This document shows positions 12,657-25,997 of a stretch of 64,000 nt of DNA, in pieces (the stretch's first letter is position 1; each line of letters opens with the position of its first letter). The stretch spans positions 75,890,001 to 75,954,000 of the forward strand of contig CM059432.1 of assembly GCA_030390025.1 (NCBI GenBank). The letters run 5' to 3'. The position numbers and the translations under genes are program-made. The notes beneath the pieces are model-generated. The model did not search any database. It was not told the DNA's origin and saw only the letters and a list, made by a program, of their open reading frames with translations. The DNA is from Squalus acanthias (Eukaryota).

Positions 12657-14728
12657 CTATTAAAATCAAAAAATTTGCATTTAATGCCAGCCTTTGATAG
12701 AAACAAAGTTGCCAACTACTAGCACAATTAGTGCTTTGTATTTCATCACTGAAGTGCTCTTGCATACGTTACGTTGACAGGCACAATTCTACTGCAGTTA
12801 TTCCACTGCATTTATACAAATTTATTGCATTTAGCAAACAAAATGAAGTTGGTGCAACAAGGTCCTTCCACTTAGCCAGGCCATTGCTGTCTCACCCCTT
12901 CTACCATTTTTAACTTCTGTCCAATTGCTGCACAGTGCAGTATAAAACAATGTTATATACATGCTCACGGTTGATACACAGTGTCCATATAATAGAGATA
13001 AGTCAATGATGTAACAGTCTTTTGCTCGCCTGACATTGTGGCTGATGGTAAATAGTGAATGTGGAGGTACAAGATAAATAACCTGGGAGATCATAGATAT
13101 AAATACAAAGGCACCAAAAGCATCCTTACATCCAATTTATTATCCATTAATATATTTAGGTGTACAGACTTTTTTGAACAAAGAAAACTATCATTCATTA
13201 CTAGAAAAAAAAGCATAATTCTGAAGAATGACAAAGGCTGAACTCTTATTTTTTCATGTTTGCAAGAAAGAATGTAAAACATTATTATAAACATAATCAC
13301 TGAGTTAACAAACTACTTTAAAAATAAGAGGAAAAACTGCAAATGTCAGCACATATAGAGAAAAAGCCTTGACTCGCATTTCAGGTGTAACCCTCCATTA
13401 GAACTGGAAATTGGAAGAAAATGAGCCCCTTGATAGGACTGAAGAAAATGAAGGGAAGAACAACAAATAAGAGAGTCAAGAATATAGACTTCTAGAGGAG
13501 TTAAGTGGCCAGCAGAAATGAGGTATATAGAAAAGCTGGAACGGGGTAAAAACTGGTAGATGATATAAGAGCAGCTCAATGAGACAATGAAGACATTAAA
13601 AGAACAAAAAGGTGTGAAAATAACTAAGATAGACAGTGAAAAGGCATGGAAGAAGATATACAAATTAAAGAAGCTGTCAAAATGAAAGTGAATGAAGTTG
13701 AAGGAGATGGGAGAAAGATAGAATATAGGGGAAACAAAAAAAGTGAATGTTGTAAATCTGAAATAAAAGGCAGAAAATATTAGAAACACACAGAAAGTGC
13801 TTCAGCCATTCTTCCAAAAAAAAAGAGTGATGCTGCCCTTCAACTGGCTGCACCGGATTGTATTTTGCTCTCGCCCAGCAGTAAACCTACCAGGAGGGGT
13901 ATTACCACTCCAAATCCACCCGCATAGGATGAGGGCCCCGGGAGCAAGTTGCAGTGGGTTGGTAGTGGATTCACATTGGCAATGATATTTCCGTTCCGCC
14001 ACTAAACTGGAAGGGCAATTTTTCCAGTTATTTCCTTCAGCTAAATCCTGGGACATAATAAAGATCTGTTCTCCCCTAGAATGTCATCTTTTGTAGAACT
14101 GATTATTTTCCTGTTGAAAATGTAATTATTTACCTTTCTCCCTTTGGAGATTTTTAATGCCCATTGTGGCGGAGGGATCTGTGTGTTAGGGAATGGAATG
14201 CATTCTCCATTTCATGTAATGCATGTAAATTTTAAAACACAGTGATTACTCCAATAATATAAAACAATCTCTCCCAATTAGCGACCACACTCTGCCACGA
14301 CAAGCACAGAACAGCATTCTCTACTGCAGCAGTGGGGATTTTTGGACCTTCCATACTAGTATCCATTTGCCTTCCTGAATGAGTGCCAATTTGTAACAAT
14401 GCATGACTAGTTTGATGCTATGGGCACATTCTCACTAGAAATAAAATATAGATTCCCCAATTGTCATTTCAATAAGGTCCTTACAGACAGCAGAGGGAGA
14501 AGGCTTTTATCCCTTCAGTCCGAGCTAGAATCAAAAGACAATGTTCAAACCCACTGTACCAATTCTCTATTTGCCTTTCGTGCATAGGCCATTACATTAG
14601 ATTGCATTCTAATACCCATGTTGGCACCTACTACTGAGTGACTGATTTACATAATGTCACACGAGAGCACACCTTAGTTAAATGTGGAAATCAGGAATTC
14701 TTGGCGCAGTGTATGTGGGTAAGACAAG

Positions 14729-16226
14729 TCTTCTCTTCTTAGGCAGTCCCTTGGAACCGAGGATGACTTGCTTCCACACTAAAAATGAGTTCTCAGGTGA
14801 CTGATGAGTCCAATGCGGGACCTACAGTCTCTGTCACAGGTGGGGCAGACGGTGGTTGAAGGGGTGGTTGGGTGGGGTGCTTGGGTTGACGTGCGCTCCT
14901 TCCGCTGTTTGCGCTTGGCTTCCACTTGCTCCCGGTGAAGAGACACGAGGTGTTCGGCGCCTTCCCGGATGCTTCTCCTCCACTTTGTGCAGTCTTGGGC
15001 CAGGGATTCCCAGGTGTCGGTGAGGATGTTGCACTTTTTCAAGGAGGCTTTGAGGGTGTCCTTGAAGCGTTTCCTCTGCCCACCTGGGGCTCTCTTGCCG
15101 TGTCGGGGCTCTGAGTAGAGCGCTTGTTTTGGGAGTCTCGTATCGGGCACGCGGACGATGTGGCCCGTCCATCGGAGCTGATCGAGCGTGGTCAAAACTT
15201 CGATGCTGGGGATGTTGGCCTGAGCGAGAACACTGGCATTGGTGCGCCCATCCTGCCAATGGATTTGCAGGATCTTGCGGAGGCAGCGTTGGTGGTACCT
15301 CTCCAGTGCTTTGAGGTGTCTGCTGTACATGGTCCATGTCTCTGAAGCATACAGGAGGGCGGGTATCACTACTGCTCTGTAGACCATGAGCTTGGTGCTG
15401 GGTTTGAGGTCCTGGTCTTCAAACACTCTCTTCCTCAGGTGACTGAAGGCTGCACTGGCACACTGAAGGCAGTGTTGGACTTCGTCATTAACATCTGCCC
15501 TTGTTGACAGTAGGCTCCCGAGGTATGGAAAGTGGTCCACAGTTGTCTAAGGCCTCGTCATGGATTTTGATAATCGGGGAGCAGTAGTGTGTGGCGGGGG
15601 CAAGTTGGTAGAGGACCTTTGTCTTACGGATGTTTAATGTAAGGCCCATGCTCTCGTACGCTTCGGTGAAGGTGTTGACGATGGTTTGGAGTTCGACCTC
15701 CAAGTGAGCGCAGACGCAAGCGTCATCTGCATACTGTAATTCGATGACAGAGGATGGGACGACCTTGGATCTGGACTGGAGGCGACGGAGGTTGAACAGT
15801 TTCCCGTTTGTTCTGTAGATTAGCTCCACTCCAGTGGGGAGCTTACTGAGGGTGAGATGGAGCATTGCAGCCAGGAAGATCGAGAAGAGCGTTGGTGCGA
15901 TGACACAGCCTTGCTTGACCCCGGTCCGTACGTGAATTGGGTCTGTGGTGGATCCGTTGGTCAGGATCACAGCTTGCATGCCGTCGTGAAGCAGGCGGAG
16001 GATGGTGACAAACTTTTGAGGGCAGCCGAATTTGAGGAGGACACTCCATAATCCCTCACGGTTGACGGTGTCAAAGGCCTTTGTGAGGTCAAAGAAGGCC
16101 ATGTACAGCGTTTGGTGCTGTTCCCTGCATATCTCTTGTAGTTGACGCGCAGTGAAGATCATGTCCATTGTGCTCCTTAGTGGGCGGAATCCGAATTGCG
16201 ACTCTGGGAGGAGCTCTTCAGCCACC
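14729..16226 (-). mobile_element. RTE-clade (BovB-like) LINE, 5'-truncated
   Basis: ORFs 15488..16228 and 14779..15540: PESQFGFR, FFDLTKAFD, GVKQGCVIAP, YADD, C-terminal CPTC...HLRTH; (AAG)n-type tail; one frameshift. Confidence 0.93.
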
Positions 16227-16542
16227 ATACTACTGGTGCAGTATGCAGGTAAGACGAGTAACTATTTTTTCACTGCTGAAATTGGGATGTCCTAAAAAAA
16301 TCCAAAATACTTAAGTAGTATAGTCTAGAGATAGCCTCTGACCCCTTCTGAGACAAGTCAGTGGTAGGAGGCAATAAATCTTTATGCCCCCTCTGATTTT
16401 TGTGCTTGTAGTACTGTTACGTACAGCATAACAAAGGAAGAAATTGCTAGAGTAACTTGGGATGATCAACTGAACCTGGTTATGAATACTTTATGTAGAG
16501 TGGCTCTCCATTTTTTTTATTGACGCACTTCTAGGTTGTTAA

Positions 16543-16925
16543 CTTGGCTCAGTTGGTAGCTCTCTCACCTTGGGTAAGAAGGTTATGGGTTCAAACCTTA
16601 CTCTAGGACTTGAGCACATTCTGGTGCAGTATTGAGGACTACTGCTTTGTTAGAGGTCCATTTTTGGATAAGTCTTTAAGCTGAGGCCCCACGTGCCTTT
16701 TCAGGTGAATGCAAAAGATCCCAAGCACTTTTTGAAGAAGAACAGGAGTTCTCCTGGTGTCCTGGCCAACATTCCTCCCTCAACCAACATCACCAAACAA
16801 ATTAATTTGTCATTTATCTTATTGCTGTTTGCAGGATCTTGCTCTGTGCAAATCATTTGCCATGTTTGCCCAAGTAAAAGTGACTGCATTTCAAAAGTAG
16901 TTCATTGGTTGTGACGCACTTTGAA
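16543..16925 (+). mobile_element. tRNA-derived Deu-type SINE (SacSINE1/AmnSINE-like)
   Basis: A box TGGCTCAGTTGG, B box GGTTCAAAC, core cctggccaacattcctccctcaaccaacatcacc shared with other copies in the window. Confidence 0.7.
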
Positions 16926-16929
16926 ACAT

Positions 16930-18060
16930 GGAATTTTACAGCACAGGAGGCATTTAACCATCACATCTGTGCCAGCTCTCTGAAAGAGCTTTCCATTTAG
17001 TCACATTTCTCTGCCCTTTCCGATACCCTTTTACATTTTTCATTTACATTTTCAAATACTTGCCAACTCTAAAATAAAATTCCATCACTGTTTCCAGTAG
17101 GGCATTCAATGTTGTACCAACCATTTGAATAAAAATATTCTCCTTACCTCACCTTTTATTTCTTTAGTGATGATCTTAATTTAGGTTCTCTAGTTATAAA
17201 CTCACCCACTAGTAGAAATAGTTTTTCTCTACTTACCTTATCAAAACCCCATATAATTTGGAATATCTATATTAAACCACCTCAATCTTCTTTGTTCTAA
17301 TAAACAGAGCACCAGTTTCTCTAGTCTCTCCTGATAACTAAAGCCTCTCATCACTGGTATCATCTTAATAAATCTTTTTGGTATCCTCTCCATAGCCTTG
17401 ACATCCTTCCTAAAGAAAGTGCAAAACTGGATACAGTATTCTAAACTGTGGCCTAACTAATGATTTGTGTAATTTTAGCATTACTTCATTGATTTTATAC
17501 TTGATACCCCTATTTATAAAACCTGGGATCCCATATACTTGGTTTTTAAAAACAAAACAGTTTTATCAAATTGTCCGCTCACATGTAAATATTTTTATAT
17601 CTGAACCATTAAACATCGTTCCTCCTCTACTGAGTTTGAAGTTTTACCATTTAGCATACATGTTCTCCCCTTCATTTTTCTCCCAAAATAAATCACTCCA
17701 CATTTAATTTCATCTGACATCTATCTCAATCTACTACGTCTTTCTGAAGTCACTACAGTCCTCTTCATGGTTAATCACGCTCCCTATTTTTGTTTCTGCA
17801 AATTTTGATATTGTGCCACCTTTAGATACAGAATGGAAGATAAACCAAGAGCAATGGTCCCAAAACTTATGCCAGGATCCCTCAGTCTAGAAAAAATCCA
17901 TCAACCAACAACTTTGTTTTCTGTCCTTCAACCAACTTCCTATCCATGCTGCCACACTTCCATTAAGAGGACATGTTGTAATTATAAAGCAACAAACCTC
18001 CTATGTCGAAGCTCATCAAATGTCTTTTGAAAATCCATATACACAACATCCACTGCATTT
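16930..18060 (-). mobile_element. Old, decayed CR1 3' fragment
   Basis: Colinear, degraded similarity to the CR1 copies at 548-1562 and 51312-52268. Confidence 0.7.
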
Positions 18061-18158
18061 CTCCAGGATGTGATGAAGATAGGCACTATACAAATGCAAG
18101 GTCTTCCTTGCTAAATTGGTCTACATTTTTATACCACACATATACTACATGCAGTTAC

Positions 18159-18243
18159 CTGAAGTGCAAGATTATAAAACAAGGCTGCAATCTTGGCATA
18201 TCGAGATGTTATGAGGTTTGCACCACCACCCGGAAAGATCACC
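18159..18243 (-). CDS. GGH: GGH-B exon 4 (85 nt)
   Basis: ttttcag|...|gtaact; VIFPGGGANLITSRYAKIAALFYNLALQ (PGG oxyanion strand). Confidence 0.94.
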
Positions 18244-18321
18244 CTGAAAATAATCAGACATGACACTCTCAATTTGAAATACCATTTTGAAGTATGACAT
18301 TACAGCAGTTGAATAGCAGTA

Positions 18322-19155
18322 ACAACAACAACTTGTATTTATATAGCGTCTTTAACGTAGTAAAACGTCCCAAGACGCTGCAGAGGAGTATTTTAAGACA
18401 AAAAATTTGACACCGAGCCACATAAGGATAAATTAGGGCAGGTGACCAAAAGCTTGGTCAAAGAGGTAGGTTTTAAGGAGCGTCTTAAAGGAGGCGGAGA
18501 GATTTAGGAAGGGAATTCCAGAGCTTAGAGCCGAGGCAACAGAAGGCACCGCCACCAATGATTGAGCGATTATAATCAGGGATGCTCAAGAGGGCAGAAT
18601 TAGAGGAGCGCAGATATCTCGGGGGGGTTGTGGGGCTGAAGGAGATTACAGAGATAGGAAGGGGCAAAGCCATGGAGGGATTTGAAAACAAGGATGAGAA
18701 TTTTGAAATCGAGGCGTTGCTTAACCGGGAGCCAATGTCGGTCAGCGAGCACAGGGGTGATGGGTGAATGGGACTTGGTGCGAGTTAGGACATGGGCAGC
18801 CGAGTTTTGGATGACCTCAAGTTTACGTAGGGTGGAATGTGGGAGGCCAGCCAGGAGTGCGTTGGAATAGACAAGTCTAGAGGTAACAAAGGCATGGATG
18901 AGGGTTTCAGCAGTGGATGAGCTGAGGCAAGGGTGGAGACGGGCGATATTAGAGGTGGAAGTAGGCGGTCTTTGTTCTGCTGTGGATATGTGGTCGGAAG
19001 CTCATTTCAGGGTCAAATATGACACCAAGGTTGCGAACAATGTGGTTCAGCCTCAGACAGATGTTAGGGAGAGGGATGGAGTCAGTGGCTAGGGAACGGA
19101 GTTTGTGGCGGGGACCGAAAACAATGGCTTCGATCTTCCCAATATTTAATTGGGA
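18322..19155 (-). mobile_element. L2-type LINE 3' fragment
   Basis: ORF 18485..18691 (RYLRSSNSALL...AFCCLGSKLWNSLP); tail gcgctatataaatacaagttgttgttg on minus strand. Confidence 0.8.
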
Positions 19156-19179
19156 AGAATTATGTTGAACTGACTGAAC

Positions 19180-19960
19180 CAGTATGAGGGAATAACCTAT
19201 TTGACCTTGTCCTCACCAATATATCTATCACAGATACATCATTGGTAGGAATGAGCACCGCACTGAGATCAAGTCCCATCTTCACACTCAGGACACCCTC
19301 CATCACATCATGTGGCACTACCGCCATGAGAAATGGAATAGATGAACAGATCTAGCAGCTCAAAACTACGCATCCATGAGCCACTGTGGACCATCAGCAG
19401 CAGCAGAATTGTACACAATCACAATCTGTAACCTCATGGGCCAGTATTCCCAGTATCTGTAACCTCATGGCCCAGCATTTCCGTCTTCCTTCATGACCAT
19501 CAAGCCAGATGCCCAACCCTGGTTCAATGAGGCGTGTAGAAGAGCATGCAGCACTGGACAGATTTTAAAATGAGTTACCAACTTGGTGAAGCTACAACAC
19601 AGGACTACATGCATGCTAAACAGTGAAAGCAGCGTGCTATAGACAGAGCTAAGCGATCCCACAACCAACCGATCAGATCAAAGCCCTGCCAAATCCAGTT
19701 GTGAAAGGTGGTGGACAATTAAGCAGCTAACAGGAGGAAGAGGCTTCATGAACATCCCCATTCTCAATGATGGCGGTGCCAAGTATGCGAGTGCAAAAGC
19801 CAATGTTGAAGCATTCGCAACTATCTTCAGCTAGAAGTGCCAACTGGATGATCCTTCTTGACCTCCTCCTGAGGTCCCCACCATCACAGATGCCAGTCTT
19901 CAGTCAATTTGATTCACTCCACATGACATCAACAAACAGCTGAGTGCACTGGATACAAAA
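19180..19960 (+). mobile_element. Decayed internal fragment of the LINE family at 8331-11518
   Basis: Colinear with ~9200-9990 (cagcagcagcagaattgta, caaccctggttcaatga, cctcctcctgaggtccc). Confidence 0.85.
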
Positions 19961-20479
19961 TGGGCAAAAGTCCTACCCTGCCAGAACTCTGCACATTTTC
20001 TGATCAATGTATTGTCCAGTGGGTAGAACCATTTCCCACTATTCTGGCAAACAGGACTTCAAACATGAATTATGCCAAGTATACTAGGAGTTTTGGAAAG
20101 AATACAGTAATATAAAGGTTAGTGTATTCCAGCTATTTCTTTACCATTTTTCTTCCTTTATTCCTGTCAATGCTTAGGTCCTCATGAGTCTTTGTGCCAT
20201 TTATTTTTTGCCCCCAATCCTATTACTGGTAGAAATGTGTTTGCAAATGGGAGAAGGCTATAGTATATTCTCAATGACCTTTGACTGTCCAAAGTTGTCA
20301 GAATGACTTATTTTATTGTGATGATTCTGGCTAAGGTGGCTGCTCAATAAATGGGAATATAACATTCGGTTTTTCAGGGTAAACCTACAATTCATTAAAG
20401 CAATTTACTAATTATTGTTAAATGTGGTAAAATGTAGGAAAGAAAAAAGTGTCATTCAGGACCATTTTTATCTGTGTCC

Positions 20480-20940
20480 TATCCCAACCCCCATATCCCT
20501 CTATACCGAGCTTACTCCCTACTGAATGCTTCAGCTAAGTTAACATTTACTGCACTAGGCAGTAGCCTTTTCCATAAGGATAAGACTTAAATTTATCTCT
20601 AATTAGACTTTAGTTCTAATTTTGCACAAAATATCTCTCTAGAGCAACTTCAATGAGAATAGATTTAGCTTAATCCTTCTTCACAGTCCGGCAGTCTAAA
20701 AACAGAATCAGTGTACATACCTCTTTCCAAATCCTTTTACACTCCTAATATATTTTTTGTAAGTAGATAACCACAACTGTACAGTATTGTATTTTTGGTC
20801 ACACTAATGTTTTAGTGTCAGCATTACTCCATGGCCGGACCTACTTAGACAATCAACATTTGATTTGTCTTTGTAACCATTGCTATACATGATGATGGTG
20901 CTTTCAACATTTAGTTATTACATCTGGAACTTTTCCTTTG
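20480..20940 (-). mobile_element. Very old CR1-like 3' fragment
   Basis: Weak colinear similarity to the CR1 3' end (accacaactgtacagta, cctctttccaaatcc). Confidence 0.4.
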
Positions 20941-22058
20941 TCAGTTTGGAACACTGCCTGCTGACTTCATGACAAAAACTGCATGTTGCAGCAATGTTAA
21001 ACAGGAACCAAGATACAAACTGCCACTACAACCACATTAGCACACTGTGCCTGGGTCACACAGTGCTAACCTCCATCGATAGGGTAAATAATTCACTATA
21101 GTACTAGTGCCATTTACAAGAGTCTTGCAGCACACTCTATTCTTTCCTTTTACCTGGATTATTGGATAGAAATAATTAAAATAAGACTGATCTTTAACTG
21201 TCAAGAAAAAAGTATTAAATTGTTTTTAAAAAATGGCAAATAGATAATTCTATTGATAAAGAACACATTGAGCAGCCACAGTACCATATTCCAGGCTAAC
21301 AGCAGCAACCCATAACCAACTGGCCGGTAATTTCCTGCAGTGAGGAGCTACTAATGGCGCTCAGGGAAAGAGGTGCATTGGTGAAAATGTCAGCTCTCCA
21401 CCCAACTTTCTTTCACCTGTTTGATTGGATACCATCATTGTTCAAGATCACAGCAGACAAAAGGTGACATCACCTGCAATGCCACAAAAAATATTTGCTT
21501 CCCTGAGCCTAGAAACCAGAATTACAGTCTACTCTTCTTAATTCAGAGTTGCTCAATTTAAATCCACTGCTTTTAATACATCCGAAAACAACTGCTGTAG
21601 CTCAGAAATTGGTACTAAATTCTCTACCACCTAAACAGTTGGCAAAAGGAGAAGGGGGAAACAAGACATGTCTCCTGTTCAAGTGCAATGACAACATACC
21701 AAAATACCATTTTAATTTTTTTTTTAATTATTTTTTTTACAGTTAAATCTGTGCAAACAGAATTCCATTCAATAAACCTTGCTCTCTTAATGCCAGTAGT
21801 TGAAACTTTCAAGAACAGTAATACCTTAGTAGAATACATTGTGTAATAATCATTTACGACTCCCTCGCCAATAGAAAAACATCTCCTTTAACATCATACC
21901 CCTTAAAATGCTTTTTTATTCTTCCCAAAGACACTGTTAGCAAGAGCTCCTGTAATTTACTGCAGAGCGGACATGAAAAAGCCAAACTTTCAATGATACA
22001 CTGTAAAAAGTGACCCAAATATAAAACCAAGACTGTTGTGACTTAATAAACAACTTAC

Positions 22059-22109
22059 CCATTTATGGAATTAAATAGTTTCCGGTATTCAGCTTCAGTT
22101 AGTTTAATG
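22059..22109 (-). CDS. GGH: GGH-B exon 3 (51 nt)
   Basis: tccatag|...|gtaagt; IKLTEAEYRKLFNSING; phases match exons 2 and 4. Confidence 0.92.
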
Positions 22110-22349
22110 CTATGGAAGAAAAATATCAACATTAGATTAATTTTATTACATTTGGAAATGGAACATACTGCACTAGAAGAGTTTCTACTTCAGTAAAATA
22201 AAATCTGAATTCAGTCCTGGAGTATGACACATTTAAGAAGCAAATATTAAATAAATATAACTAAAAATGTTAATATTGGTTATTCAGTAAAGAGTTTATC
22301 AGCACCATTACAATTAATCGTACATAATCACAGTGCTCAAACAACCAAA

Positions 22350-24345
22350 ACCAGAAGTTGCATACAAATTGGCCAGAAGTAGCAGCAAACCCGGGGACTG
22401 GGAGAACTTCAAAACTCAGCAGAGGAGGACGAAGGGTTTGATTAGGGCAGGGAAAATAAAATATGAAAGGAAGCTTGCAGAGAACATTAAAATGGACTGC
22501 AAAAGCTACTATAAATATGTAAAAAGAGGTTAGTAAAAACAAACGTAGGTCCCCTGCAGTCGGAAACAGGGGAAGTCGTAATGGGGAACAAGGAAATGGC
22601 AGATCAATTGAACAAGTACTTTGGTTCGGTGTTTACTGTGGAGGACACACACAACCTGCCGGAAATAAAAGGGGTCAGAGGATCTGGTAAGAGGGAGGAG
22701 CTGAGGGAAATCCTTATTAGTCGGGAAAAGGTATTGGGGAAATTGATGGGACTGAAGGCTGAAAAATCCCCGGGGCCTGATGGTCTGCATCCCAGAGTAC
22801 TTAAGGAGGTGGCCTTGGAAATAGTGGATGCATTGACGATCATTTTCCAACATTCCTTAGACTCTGGATCAGTTCCGATGGAGTGGAGGGTGGCCAATGT
22901 AACCCCTCTTTTTAAAAAAGGAGGGAGGGAGAAAGCAGGGAATTATAGACCGGTCAGCCTGACATCGGTCGTGGGTAAAATGATGGAAGCAATTATTAAA
23001 GATGTCATAACAGACCATTTGGAAAGTGGCGACATGATAGGTCCAAGTCAGCATGGATTTGTGAAAGGGAAATCATGCTTGACAAATCTTCTGGAATTTT
23101 TTGAGGATGTTTCCAATAGGGTGGACAGGGGGGAACCAGTAGATGTGGTGTATTTGGACTTTCAGAAGGCCTTCGACAAGGTCCCACACAAGAGATTGGT
23201 GAGCAAAGTTAAAGCACATGGGATTGGGGGTAATGTGTTGACGTGGATTGAGAACTGGTTGGCACACAGGAAACAAAGAGTAGGAGTAAATGGGTACTTT
23301 TCAGAATGGCAGGCAGTGACCAGCGGGGTACCGCAGGGTTCGGTGCTGGGACCCCAGCTGTTTACATTATATATTAATGATTTGGACGAAGGGATTAAAT
23401 GTAATATCTCCAAATTTGCGGATGACACTAAATTGGGAGGCAGTGTGAACAATGAGGAGGATGCTAGGAGGCTACAGAGTGACTTGGACAGGTTGGGTGA
23501 ATGGGCAAATGTATGGCAGATGAAGTACAATGTGGATAAATGTGAGGTTATCCACTTTGGTGGTAAAAATAGAGAGGCGGACTATTACCTGAATGGTGGC
23601 AGATTAGGGAAAGGGGAGGTGCAACGAGACCTGGGCATCATGGTACATCAGTCACTGAAGGTGGGAATGCAAGTGCAGCAGGCAGTCAAGAAAGCAAACG
23701 GATTGATGGCCTTCATAGTAAGGGGATTTGAGTACAGGAGTAGGGAGGTGATGCTGCAGTTGTACAGGGCCTTGGTGAGGCCACACCTGGAGTATTGTGC
23801 GCAGTTTTGGTCTCCTAACTTAAGGAAGGACATTCTTGCTATTGAGGGAGTGCAGCGAAGGTTCACTAGATTGATTCCTGGGATGGCCGGACTGACATAT
23901 CAAGAAAGATTGGGTCAACTGAACTTGTATCCTCTGGAGTTCAGAAGAATGAGGGGGGATCTTATAGAGACATTTAAAATCCTGACTGGTTTAGACAAAT
24001 TAGATGCGGGCAGAATGTTCCCAATGGTAGGGAAAACTAGAACCAGGGGTCACAGTCTAAGGATTAAGGGGAAGCCATTTAGGACTGAGCTGAGGAGGAA
24101 CTTCTTCACCCAGAGAGTGGTGAATCTATGGAATTCTCTTCCACAGAAGGTTGTTGAGGCCAGTTCGCTAAATATATTCAAAAGGGAGTTAGATATAACA
24201 TTCACAACTAAGGGGATCAAGGGGTATGGCGAGAAAGCAGGAATGGGGTACTGAGGTAGCATGTTCAGCCATGAACGCATTGAATGGCGGTGCAGGCTCG
24301 AAGGACCGAATGGTCTACTCCTGTACCTATTTTCTATGTTTCTAT
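22350..24345 (+). mobile_element. Young 5'-truncated CR1 LINE
   Basis: Contains a 557-aa open RT ORF; ends in (TTTCTATG)-type tandem tail. Confidence 0.95.
22581..24254 (+). CDS. CR1 ORF2 reverse transcriptase domain (open, lacks endonuclease)
   Basis: [58 protein letters not shown] with no stops. Confidence 0.85.
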   Translation: MGNKEMADQLNKYFGSVFTVEDTHNLPEIKGVRGSGKREELREILISREKVLGKLMGLKAEKSPGPDGLHPRVLKEVALEIVDALTIIFQHSLDSGSVPMEWRVANVTPLFKKGGREKAGNYRPVSLTSVVGKMMEAIIKDVITDHLESGDMIGPSQHGFVKGKSCLTNLLEFFEDVSNRVDRGEPVDVVYLDFQKAFDKVPHKRLVSKVKAHGIGGNVLTWIENWLAHRKQRVGVNGYFSEWQAVTSGVPQGSVLGPQLFTLYINDLDEGIKCNISKFADDTKLGGSVNNEEDARRLQSDLDRLGEWANVWQMKYNVDKCEVIHFGGKNREADYYLNGGRLGKGEVQRDLGIMVHQSLKVGMQVQQAVKKANGLMAFIVRGFEYRSREVMLQLYRALVRPHLEYCAQFWSPNLRKDILAIEGVQRRFTRLIPGMAGLTYQERLGQLNLYPLEFRRMRGDLIETFKILTGLDKLDAGRMFPMVGKTRTRGHSLRIKGKPFRTELRRNFFTQRVVNLWNSLPQKVVEASSLNIFKRELDITFTTKGIKGYGEKAGMGY

Positions 24346-25726
24346 AACGGTCACAAACTTGATCATAATTTACCTCTTTTTGCTCAGCAGCTTAAAAACT
24401 AGAAACTTAAAAAAAAATGATTTGTACTATTAACTTGAGTCATAAAGGACCTTGGCCCCCCAGTGAGCAAGATTTTGACACTTCACCCCATCCCCACTGA
24501 GCAAGATTCCAACCCCTTGCTCCCCTATATTGGGTCCATTATTATCCATCCTTTAACCCTGTTGGATCAAGTTGATCTTGACTACTTGTGTGTAACACCA
24601 CAGGAGATCAACTAATACTATCAAATAGACATACAGAGTACTGGATCTCTTGTGGTGTTGCTTATAATGAATCCTGGTTTTATAATGATATGCAATATAA
24701 CACACAATATTATTAGGGCACTGATTTATAGTACCTAAATAAATCAAATTCAAATTTTATTACATGGTATTATTGGATTTTTTTTTCTTAAACCAGTGTT
24801 TTGTTGTACTGTGATCATGCTATGTATAGACCTGGCTAGGTTATCAATCAATAGAATTTGGACTCGAGCATGTGAGAAAGCCTGAAGCGAGCGAATTTAG
24901 GCATCCTTTAGGAAACCCTGAACATAAATGCCAAATCCCAATCCAATTTTCTGATGTGCATTCATTCAGTGACAAGAAAATCTAACTGAAAACAAATTCA
25001 ACAACATTTCTACTGTTTAAGAGCATGGGATCTAGTTTTATGTGCGCTTTCAATCCTAGCCACCCACTTCTACAGTGGCCGGAGATTCTGAGGTGGCCGG
25101 CAGATGATTTGTAGCAGGAGCCTTGAGGAATTGAGGTGGTACTTCCTGGTCTCTAGTTGTAGCAGTTTCCCCTTTAGAAGAAAGATAGAGTGAAGACACT
25201 CCTGCATGCCATCATATGGAATGCAACCTCGGTTTCAGAAGCATTCCTTAACTGGGATGAGAACAGGCACTGGTAATGAAATGTCTATCGTGTGAGTTGT
25301 CCACTGCTTCCCTGCGTGTTCTGTTTGAGTAAAGCAACACTTGCAGGAGAAGGAAAGGGGTGTGAAGGGTATTGTGGAACTTTCGACACATAGGTGGTAC
25401 ATTGCAGATGGTGCTCCATAGTGAGGGCAAAATGGCTGCATCTGGGAAAGATGCTCAGTATGGTGCACTGTTGCAAGGTGCGACTGCCTACTGTTAGGGT
25501 CAGTGAACTTCTTCCAGCATGGAGTAGCCTTCTGGGAGTTGGTGGAGGGGATATTCATTGTCAAGGTTACCTCCTTCCGCAGACCTGGATCGTGCCCTTC
25601 AGAGGCCTCCTTCCCTCAGTCTAAAAGCTGGGTGCTCATTTGCCGTTTTGCAGACAGTTACATTTCATCTGCATTCCATACTAATCACAGAAAAATGAGA
25701 ACCCAAAAATCTTCTACTGGACCTTT

Positions 25727-25997
25727 ATAGAAACAGAAAAAAAAATAGGAGCAGGAGTAGGCCATTCGGCCCTTCGAGCCTGCTCCGCCATTCAATATGA
25801 TCATGGCTGATCCTCTATCTCAATACCATATTCCCACTCTCTCCCCATACCCCTTGATGCCTTTTGTGTCTAGAAATCTATCTATCTCCTTCTTAAATAT
25901 ATTCAGTGACTTGGCCTCCACAGCCTTCTGTGGTAGAGAATTCCACAGGTTCACCACCCTCTGAGTGAAGAAATTTCTCCTCATCTCAGTCCTAAAT
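25727..25997 (-). mobile_element. CR1 3' terminal fragment
   Basis: FRTEMRRNFFTQRVVNLWNSLPQK in ORF 25820..26107 plus CR1 3'UTR. Confidence 0.9.

Noticed and set aside
13346..13789. 147-aa hydrophobic ORF
   Set aside because: Phe/Ile/Ser bias comes from the antisense of a purine-rich tract next to a decayed Penelope-like end.
25000..25720. Cluster of short overlapping ORFs
   Set aside because: No splice or domain support; likely an old repeat that I cannot classify.
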